Assembly (NCBI GenBank): GCA_038826135.1
Contig: JAWBON010000074.1
Location: 1-5,764 of the forward strand
Length of the DNA: 5,764 nt
Origin: Candidatus Odinarchaeota archaeon
Lineage (GTDB): Archaea; Asgardarchaeota; Odinarchaeia; Odinarchaeales; Odinarchaeaceae
Direction: 5' to 3'
In this document: one piece after another, positions 1 to 5,764 of the stretch
Layout: the number at the start of each line of letters is the position of its first letter
Numbering within the stretch: the first letter of the stretch is position 1
Program-made: the position numbers and the translations under genes
Notes under the pieces: generated by a model
Seen by the model: the letters and a program-made list of their open reading frames with translations, nothing else
Told to the model about the DNA's origin: nothing
Database searches by the model: none

Positions 1-479
1 CGACTAGCCCAGCGGGTTTTCTGAGGTTTAATTACGATCGTATGATATCCGTTATCCACAGCACCGGGCATGTTTTCTAAAAAGTTTAATATCTTATTTA
101 ATAAAACGGTTTTAAAAAAATTCTTCAACGCCACCGGGCTTAACTGGGATCCTAGTTTTATAACCCTATTATTCTCGTCGATTTCAAAACCGTTAAGATT
201 CTCATCTACAAGAATATTATATTCAACCCCGAATATTGGAAACCTGTCAGGAGGAGAATTGTATAAACGCTCCCTCTCCTTAAGCTTTCTGTAAACTTTT
301 ACTATCCAGTTTTTATATTTTTCCAGCAGGCTTAAGGCATTCACTCCGAATAGCGGTAGGATTACCAGCAGCCCCCACGGTTTAACCTCTATTCGAGCAT
401 TCTTAACACGTCTTCGCTCAACCCTGTATTCTAAACTCACACCGTCCAGCACGTATACACCACGATTATTTGAAACCAT
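1..479 (-). CDS. YgjP/DUF45-family (M48/SprT-like zincin clan) putative metal-dependent hydrolase/metalloprotease; 3'-partial, runs off the window's left edge
   Basis: Not in the ORF track; translated by hand. The ATG is at 479-477 and the frame is open for 159 codons to the window edge: MVSNNRGVYVLDGVSLEYRVERRRVKNARIEVKPWGLLVILPLFGVNALSLLEKYKNWIVKVYRKLKERERLYNSPPDRFPIFGVEYNILVDENLNGFEIDENNRVIKLGSQLSPVALKNFFKTVLLNKILNFLENMPGAVDNGYHTIVIKPQKTRWAS. It matches the DUF45 layout: an N-terminal 'Y-x-V-x-RRRVKNARIEV...V-I-L-P' block, 'LLEKYKNWI', 'FPIFGVEY', and 'IVIKPQKTRWAS' (family consensus about I-x-IK-x-x-K-T/S-RWGSC). A GAGGT Shine-Dalgarno lies 6 nt upstream. The HExxH zinc motif would fall outside the window. 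Confidence 0.8.
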   Translation of the reverse strand, partial: MVSNNRGVYVLDGVSLEYRVERRRVKNARIEVKPWGLLVILPLFGVNALSLLEKYKNWIVKVYRKLKERERLYNSPPDRFPIFGVEYNILVDENLNGFEIDENNRVIKLGSQLSPVALKNFFKTVLLNKILNFLENMPGAVDNGYHTIVIKPQKTRWAS

Positions 480-485
480 TTTAAA

Positions 486-490
486 ACCTC
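486..490 (-). promoter_or_regulatory. Shine-Dalgarno (GAGGT) for the YgjP/DUF45-like gene
   Basis: The minus strand reads TGA(rad50 stop)-CCACCGTCTTAAA-GAGGT-TTTAAA-ATG, giving 6 nt spacing to the ATG at 479. Confidence 0.6.
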
Positions 491-503
491 TTTAAGACGG
501 TGG

Positions 504-2534
504 TCAACTGGTTGAAATAATTTTTGATAAACCATTAACTTTCTCAATTCTGAAAATATGATCCGCAAAGTTTTCAAGTTCCCGTTCATGTGAGACTATT
601 ATAACCTGAGGTGCTTTAATCTCATCTAAGATGTCCCTTATCTTAAATAACTGTTCTTTGCTGAAACCGTCTGTAGGCTCATCTAAAATTAATAGATTAG
701 ATTTCAAACCCGCTGAGAGCCGCTGTACAATCGTGTTAAGTGTAAGTCTGTAAGCTAAAGCCACACTTGTTTTTTCACCGCCGCTGAGGGCTTCAAGAGG
801 GGGCTCATAACCATCCTGCTCTATTATAGGGTTGAAATCCTCGTCTATCCGTGCTTCCTTAGAACTGTCTTCTACAAGCAAATTAAACCATCGCTGGAAT
901 TTATTATTAAACTCTTGGTTAATAGAAACCATAACATGTTTTTCAATATCGCCTAAACAGTTTTCAAAATATTCTTTCAACCAGGTGAGATATTCATTAA
1001 ACACGTTCAGTAAACGCTTACACTCCTCTTTCTCAGCAAGCTGCTTCTCAAGGTTTTTAATCTCTTCTTCTAAATTAATTATAGCTCGCTCCAATCCTCC
1101 TTTTTCTGATGAAAGAGCTCTTAATTCAGCCTCTTTCTCATTAACCATTTTTCTCAGTTCAATTATTTTAGAAGCTAAACCTTCATGAGGGCGTATACTA
1201 TCCTCCAGCCTTGAAATTTCACTAATTAATTTTAATCGGCTCTCAGCTAAACTACTAATCTCCTCATAGTTGTGTTCAACAATACCAGCATAGTTAACTA
1301 TATTATCGACGTGACGCTGTAACTGGTTTTGCAATTCATTATATTTTCTCAATTTATCTAAAAGATCCTCTAACATGTTTTTAGAACCCTCAACATCTTT
1401 CAGCTTACTAGAGATTTTCTCTTTCTCAGATTCTTTTAAATCTATTTTACTTTGAATATCACCAGGCTCAGTTGGCCTATCACAGGTTGGACAGATTTTC
1501 TTATTAATTATCTCCCGGTAATCATCAATTTTAGATTGAATCGAAGCCTCTGTCTTTTTTAAATCAGTTAACTCTAAATCAAACTCTTTTAACTTGTTTT
1601 TAATCTCATTCTCACTCATTTCAGTCGGTTTCTCCATTTGAGGAAGACCCTCTATAAGTGTTAACTCAGCGATTATTTTTTTATAATTCTCGTAGGAGTC
1701 ACTGGAGAGTTTAATTAACCTGTTAGTCTTATCCTGGAAATCCCGTTTTAAAATAGGGATCTGTCTTCGCATAGCTTCGGTTTCCTTTTCAATATTCAGA
1801 TAAGCATCTAAGTCAGCTTTAAATTGTCTAAGAGATGTTTCAACCTCAATATACTTCTTACTCACTTCTTCTAAATTGGTTTTAGATACCTGCAAAGATT
1901 TTTTACATTCAACTAATTTAGCGGATATTTGATTAATATCCCTGATCCGGTCTTCAAATATTTTCACACGGTCTTTTAGCTCGCCGGCAAGGTTGTGAAC
2001 ATTCTCTAAAGCTATTTTATAGTCTTCAATACCGAATGCTTTCCTTAATGTTTGCAGTCTTTCATCAGGTTTAGCCCATAATATCTCTTTCATCTGCTCC
2101 TGCGGCGTGTAAAGAGCGTAACGGTATATAACACTCTGAGCTCTAGGGTTAGGGGGCTCGTTAAACTTTAGAATATCCAGTATAGTTTGTTTAAGCTCTG
2201 AAGCGGATAAATATCTTTTAACACCATCATATTCTATGTAGCCTTTCTCATCTTGAATTACAGAGCTACCCCTCCTGACAAGCCCACGGTAAACCTCATA
2301 TTCTTTACCGTCAACTTCAAATCGCAGCTTAACATAGCCGTTAGAACACCCTAATCTTAGAAGAAAACCTCCTTTCAAATCTCCTAATCCGAAAAGAGCG
2401 AATTCTATAGCTAAAAGGATTGTAGACTTACCGGAACCTATATCACCTTCGAGAAGTATCGGGCCGGGCGGGCAATCTATTCTTTCATCATCATAGCTTC
2501 TTATATTCTTCAACTCTATGGATTTAAGTATCAT
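504..2534 (-). CDS. rad50: DNA double-strand break repair ATPase Rad50 (SbcC/SMC-like), 676 aa
   Basis: N-terminal 'LKSIELKNIRSY', Walker A GDIGSGKS (aa 30-37), Q-loop TPQEQ (aa 143-147) and a long coiled coil. A central CPTC zinc hook lies at aa 348-351 (nt 1482-1493). The C-terminal half has signature LSGGE (aa 583-587), Walker B LILDEP and H-loop VSHE. The gene sits directly after mre11 with a 1-nt TAATG stop/start overlap. Confidence 0.97.
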   Translation of the reverse strand: MILKSIELKNIRSYDDERIDCPPGPILLEGDIGSGKSTILLAIEFALFGLGDLKGGFLLRLGCSNGYVKLRFEVDGKEYEVYRGLVRRGSSVIQDEKGYIEYDGVKRYLSASELKQTILDILKFNEPPNPRAQSVIYRYALYTPQEQMKEILWAKPDERLQTLRKAFGIEDYKIALENVHNLAGELKDRVKIFEDRIRDINQISAKLVECKKSLQVSKTNLEEVSKKYIEVETSLRQFKADLDAYLNIEKETEAMRRQIPILKRDFQDKTNRLIKLSSDSYENYKKIIAELTLIEGLPQMEKPTEMSENEIKNKLKEFDLELTDLKKTEASIQSKIDDYREIINKKICPTCDRPTEPGDIQSKIDLKESEKEKISSKLKDVEGSKNMLEDLLDKLRKYNELQNQLQRHVDNIVNYAGIVEHNYEEISSLAESRLKLISEISRLEDSIRPHEGLASKIIELRKMVNEKEAELRALSSEKGGLERAIINLEEEIKNLEKQLAEKEECKRLLNVFNEYLTWLKEYFENCLGDIEKHVMVSINQEFNNKFQRWFNLLVEDSSKEARIDEDFNPIIEQDGYEPPLEALSGGEKTSVALAYRLTLNTIVQRLSAGLKSNLLILDEPTDGFSKEQLFKIRDILDEIKAPQVIIVSHERELENFADHIFRIEKVNGLSKIISTS

Positions 2535-3787
2535 TATTTATCCTCCGGAAGCTCTAGAAGCTTGAAAGCCTGGTCTTTGATCCTGTTCAGATAATCATCC
2601 TTAGACTCATTTACTTTAGGAGGGTCTCTTAAAATTTTTAAAAGGTTAACAGCCAGTTTAACACCGTTCTTAGAGATGAGTTTAGGATTAGATAATTTCA
2701 TTTTACCTATATTTTCTTCAAATATTTTCTCCTCGATCTCTCTCACATCGCTTCCCTTAACTTTAATAGAAGCATATTCTTTAGAGGATAAACCATAGCG
2801 GTTTATTCTAACCTGCAGCGCCCCCTGCTCCATAAGCGTCTTCCTGAGAGATGTGAAGTCAACATCCGATGTTTTACCGGATGCAAGCTCCCCGCTAATC
2901 TTTAATAAGACTAGTTTACCCGCAGCGTCAATTTTTTTTAAACTATTCTCTAAGTCCACCATGAGTTGACTGGCGCTTTTACCTGTAGCATCATACTCTT
3001 TAAAATAGTAGTCGCATACTTTAACCTCTACAAACTCTACATTTCTAACCTGCGTGTCAAAGTCTACTATGTAAAAACCTCTTTGAACACCTTTAGCGGA
3101 TTCTTCGAAATCCTTCGAGTCCTTAGCGAATATCGGTCCTGGATAAGCAATATATGGGTATCCTTCAAGACTGTTCATAATCTTCTTATGAGGATGACCG
3201 CCCGCATAATAGTTGAAGCCTGGTGGAAGTGATGAAACTGGTATCGAATCTGTTTTAGCTAAGTCTATGGGTTTCAGCTCAGAGATCAGCGTGTGAAACA
3301 CGAATATTTTAAACCCGGGTTCAGTTGTAAGAATATCCCTGTCAAGGATTTCATAATATTCCCTTTCTATACCTAGTTTTCTAGCTGAGATACCTGTGAG
3401 TTTAGCACCGGTCTTAGAGTCAACTGTAAACTCTAATTTAAGCTTACCATCCTTCACCTGACCTGCACCTATTCTACTAACTAGACCAGCACTGTCTAAA
3501 ACATCTATTATAGAGGCTTCAGTCGGACTGTAATCGTGACTACCATATATAATGTAAATGGGGATGCCTTGAGTTACAGCCTCCCTCATCTTTCTAACAG
3601 CTTCATTAACAACCCACATATCAGGCAGATTAGAGTGAAATATGTCACCACTTATAACGATGAAGTCGACTCCCCGTCGGATACACTCATCTATAGTTTT
3701 TTTGAACGCTTCAGATTCAAGTCTTCTCAGCTCAGGCTCCCGGTTAGCCCCTAAATGACAGTCAGCTATATGCGCAAACTTATACAA
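2534..3787 (-). CDS. mre11: DNA repair exo/endonuclease Mre11 (SbcD-like calcineurin-type metallophosphoesterase), 417 aa, TTG start
   Basis: Phosphoesterase motifs in order: FAHIADCHLG (D9/H11), SGDIFH (D48), YGSHD (aa 82-85, canonical GNHD), VFHT (H165), GGHPH (H198/H200) and YPG. A C-terminal helical region is consistent with Rad50 binding. It lies between herA and rad50. Confidence 0.96.
   Translation of the reverse strand: MYKFAHIADCHLGANREPELRRLESEAFKKTIDECIRRGVDFIVISGDIFHSNLPDMWVVNEAVRKMREAVTQGIPIYIIYGSHDYSPTEASIIDVLDSAGLVSRIGAGQVKDGKLKLEFTVDSKTGAKLTGISARKLGIEREYYEILDRDILTTEPGFKIFVFHTLISELKPIDLAKTDSIPVSSLPPGFNYYAGGHPHKKIMNSLEGYPYIAYPGPIFAKDSKDFEESAKGVQRGFYIVDFDTQVRNVEFVEVKVCDYYFKEYDATGKSASQLMVDLENSLKKIDAAGKLVLLKISGELASGKTSDVDFTSLRKTLMEQGALQVRINRYGLSSKEYASIKVKGSDVREIEEKIFEENIGKMKLSNPKLISKNGVKLAVNLLKILRDPPKVNESKDDYLNRIKDQAFKLLELPEDK
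2541..2546 (-). promoter_or_regulatory. Shine-Dalgarno (GGAGGA) for rad50, embedded in the last codons of mre11
   Basis: The minus strand reads CC-GGAGGA-TAAATA-ATG, giving 6 nt spacing to the rad50 ATG at 2534. The mre11 stop TAA (2536-2534) overlaps that ATG. Confidence 0.7.
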
Positions 3788-3794
3788 GAGAGGA

Positions 3795-3800
3795 CACCTT
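3795..3800 (-). promoter_or_regulatory. Shine-Dalgarno (AAGGTG) for mre11, overlapping the herA stop
   Basis: The minus strand reads T-AAGGTG-TCCTCTC-TTG, giving 7 nt spacing to the TTG start at 3787. Confidence 0.55.
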
Positions 3801-5337
3801 AAATATACGCTATATTACTTCCAGAGGTTTTCGAAATCTTATCACTAATATATTCTTCGAAAAACGGGATTTTAACTGGAATAGCGAACTTAGTGAAACT
3901 GCTGCTAATAATCGCTTCACCTTTATCGAGGCTAGCTATAGTCTGAGAGTCCTCTGAGAGATCTTGGGGTGCGCATTCGATTATAGCGTTTCTTTCAAGG
4001 GACATTTCGTTACCTAGAATGATCTTAGTGTTCATGTTAGCTAGTATTGTTTTAGGTATAACACTTGTAAGCTGAGTGACCGCCATTAAACCAACCTGGA
4101 ATTTACGCCCCTCACGGGCAACAGTACTGTAAATATTATCACCTTTACTTAATATCTCTGAACCTATTACTCGAGGAGCTTCCTCTATAACAACACTAAT
4201 AACAGGTTTATTTTCAAGCTCACCAGTATATTTATAATTCTGATACCTGCGAAAAACTTCGCTTACAATTATCACACCTATAAGAAGCTCGGCCATATCA
4301 GGTATACGTGAAGTGTCCAGTACCACTATTTTGCCCTTTTCCAGCGCGTCTACAATATCATTCACAGTTGAGTAACCCTTATCAAAACTGAATACATTAT
4401 TAAAGGACTCGAAACCACTCTCACCATATCTGACTCCTAGAAAATGTTCAAGCCTCCTTTGAGTAACTGCCAACGTCACATCCTTAAGCTTTCCTTCACC
4501 GATAACCGGTTCATTCTTTAAAATGCTTTCAATCCATTTTTCTTTATAATCAGTATAATACATGTATATTGCATCAGATTGAGCATCTGTGAATTCAGCT
4601 ATCCCGGTGAAATGATTCGGTTTAATAGACTCCACGTTTACTATAAGATTATACCCGCCGGGCGGTGGTTTCGCAGAAGTATAGTAGACTAATCTTTCTT
4701 TAGCGTTAGGGTGATCCTTCAACCCCTTTCCGTGGCGGCCATAGTATTCGTCGTGAGAGTCTAAAACGAGCACTCCGAATTTATCTTGTTCCATTAAACT
4801 CCAAAGCAACACTTTCACTAGATTGCTTTTACCCCTACCTGTAGTTGCGGGAATAATCACGTGGTGTGATAAAACTTCAGGTCCGTCAAGATATATTGGG
4901 AGATCTAAAACTTTTGAGCCGCTTCTAAGATTCCCTATATACATAGGGTGATCGGGCTTAGTTAGGAAATCAAGATCTTCTGGTTTAATCCGTCTAAGAG
5001 ATGAGAGAAAGTCCGGTAGATTTTTAGGCAACCTTGGAACGCCGTTAACTACTTGCAGCACAGCTTTAACGTATGCTATAACATAATGTCTAAGCTTCTC
5101 ATCCATTAATTTTAAGTCGGAACGTTTATCATAGCCTTCAAGTCGAAGACCGGCGATCATCTCTAAACTTCCAGGAGGTATCTGACTACCATACTGTAAG
5201 TCGTAGACTTGCATTATAATTAAACTTTCATCCTCTTCTGATACTAGTAAATCCCCTAATTCGATTCGTTCATCAGATCGTTGGCGTAAAACGATTTTGC
5301 CAATAGACCCGCCTATTACGCTACCTATAATATCCAA
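3799..5337 (-). CDS. herA: Bipolar DNA helicase/translocase HerA (FtsK-HerA ATPase), about 512 aa; start re-called to TTG at 5337
   Basis: An N-terminal HAS-barrel-like start '[10 protein letters not shown]' is followed by Walker [16 protein letters not shown] (nt about 4825-4851 for PATTGRGKS) and '[10 protein letters not shown]'. Further motifs are Walker B VVIEEAP, arginine finger AREGRKF, the 'AVTQ' sensor, 'NMNTKII' and 'L-D-K-G-E-A-I-I'. The track's start at 5472 would overlap nurA by 134 nt. The TTG at 5337 begins 1 nt after the nurA stop and has a GGGGGTG SD 6 nt upstream. Confidence 0.94.
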   Translation of the reverse strand: MDIIGSVIGGSIGKIVLRQRSDERIELGDLLVSEEDESLIIMQVYDLQYGSQIPPGSLEMIAGLRLEGYDKRSDLKLMDEKLRHYVIAYVKAVLQVVNGVPRLPKNLPDFLSSLRRIKPEDLDFLTKPDHPMYIGNLRSGSKVLDLPIYLDGPEVLSHHVIIPATTGRGKSNLVKVLLWSLMEQDKFGVLVLDSHDEYYGRHGKGLKDHPNAKERLVYYTSAKPPPGGYNLIVNVESIKPNHFTGIAEFTDAQSDAIYMYYTDYKEKWIESILKNEPVIGEGKLKDVTLAVTQRRLEHFLGVRYGESGFESFNNVFSFDKGYSTVNDIVDALEKGKIVVLDTSRIPDMAELLIGVIIVSEVFRRYQNYKYTGELENKPVISVVIEEAPRVIGSEILSKGDNIYSTVAREGRKFQVGLMAVTQLTSVIPKTILANMNTKIILGNEMSLERNAIIECAPQDLSEDSQTIASLDKGEAIISSSFTKFAIPVKIPFFEEYISDKISKTSGSNIAYI

Positions 5338-5338
5338 T

Positions 5339-5764
5339 TCATACACCCCCGAATTCAGAGGCCAGTTTATCGAGAACTTCATGAGCGTTAGCGGATTTAA
5401 CTCTGCTAAGAATTCTTTCGAAAATATCGTTTTTAGATAGCTCAGAGAGTAGAATCGTTTTATATGCTTCAATTTCGTTATAACGAACTCGCGCGAATCT
5501 ATCAGCAGCGATAAGTCCGTAAGGATAACCTGGAAAAACTAAATCAGATGAGTTCTCGCAAAGCCTCCATAAAATTTCATTAAGAACTTTATCAGACATT
5601 TTAGCATATTGGTCCCATAGTATTTCATATCTAAAAACATATTCGCTTATAGGGTTAAGTTTAACCGCGAATATAGCTGCTCTATGATCTTTTGTGGAGG
5701 ATTCAGCTAAAAGAATATACCACCGATCAAAGTTTACTTCTTTAGCAGTAAGTTGCACAGCCTC
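5339..5764 (-). CDS. nurA: 5'-3' nuclease NurA, C-terminal part; 5'-partial because the frame is open to the window's right edge
   Basis: The track's GTG at 5758 is preceded in frame by GAG GCT (E, A) up to the window edge, so it is an internal Val rather than the true start. It contains NurA C-terminal motifs '[17 protein letters not shown]' and '[16 protein letters not shown]' (the GYP-x-x-L-x-x-A-H/D motif). It lies immediately upstream of herA-mre11-rad50. Confidence 0.88.
   Translation of the reverse strand, partial: EAVQLTAKEVNFDRWYILLAESSTKDHRAAIFAVKLNPISEYVFRYEILWDQYAKMSDKVLNEILWRLCENSSDLVFPGYPYGLIAADRFARVRYNEIEAYKTILLSELSKNDIFERILSRVKSANAHEVLDKLASEFGGV
5344..5350 (-). promoter_or_regulatory. 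Shine-Dalgarno (GGGGGTG) for herA within the last codons of nurA
   Basis: The minus strand reads TTC-GGGGGTG-TATGAA-TTG-GAT-ATT. The motif resembles the archaeal GGAGGTG consensus and has 6 nt spacing. Confidence 0.6.

Noticed and set aside
33-42. 10-bp palindrome TACGATCGTA
   Set aside because: It is isolated and lies within a CDS, and such palindromes are expected by chance in 5.7 kb.
52-60. Perfect bacterial DnaA box TTATCCACA
   Set aside because: It is a single copy inside a coding frame (spanning codons A-V-D-N on the minus strand) in an archaeal context. There is no box cluster or intergenic DUE, so it is most likely chance.
114-120. A7 run (T7 on the transcribed strand), resembling an archaeal oligo-T terminator or slippage site
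   Set aside because: It lies inside the DUF45-like CDS encoding N-F-F. The frame continues correctly into the conserved KTRWAS motif, so there is no evidence of a frameshift or termination.
70-294. Plus-strand 74-aa ORF from the track
   Set aside because: It is antisense to the longer, motif-bearing DUF45-like frame, has no recognisable motif and has a shadow-like composition rich in F, S and L.
832-1188. Plus-strand 118-aa ORF
   Set aside because: It lies entirely antisense to rad50. The Ser/Leu/Phe-rich composition is what the reverse complement of a Glu/Lys-rich coiled coil produces.
2459-2474. Local GC-rich patch (encoding CPPGP) near the rad50 start, where homologues usually have F-x-x-G
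   Set aside because: The frame is preserved and the Walker A follows at normal spacing. It is best explained by Pro/Gly codons.
2966-3232. Plus-strand 88-aa ORF
   Set aside because: It is antisense within mre11 and has no motif or independent expression signals that I could see.
3536-3754. Plus-strand 72-aa ORF
   Set aside because: It is antisense to the conserved N-terminal catalytic motifs of mre11 and is a shadow ORF.
5338-5472. 45-aa N-terminal extension of HerA in the ORF track (MKHIKRFY...)
   Set aside because: It overlaps the conserved nurA 3' end by 134 nt and does not resemble HerA. A better SD-led TTG start exists at 5337.
1-5764. Possibility that this HerA/NurA/SbcCD-like cluster is an anti-phage defence system
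   Set aside because: The complete nurA-herA-mre11-rad50 set with a zinc-hook Rad50 is the housekeeping archaeal repair module. No Sir2, DUF4297 or other defence effector, and no mobile-element context, is visible.

Overview
AT-rich archaeal chromosomal window in which all credible genes lie on the minus strand as one tightly packed, probably co-transcribed unit. In transcription order these are nurA (5'-truncated by the window edge), herA, mre11 and rad50, followed by a fifth gene that the ORF track missed. The fifth gene is a YgjP/DUF45 (M48/SprT-like zincin clan) protein starting at 479 and running off the left edge. The first four genes form the well-known archaeal double-strand-break end-resection module. 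They appear in nurA-first order, and each protein carries a non-canonical residue in a catalytic motif. The most interesting observation is the apparent operonic coupling of a YgjP/DUF45 putative metalloprotease to this module. All plus-strand ORFs look like antisense shadows. I found no RNA genes, mobile elements or CRISPR arrays.
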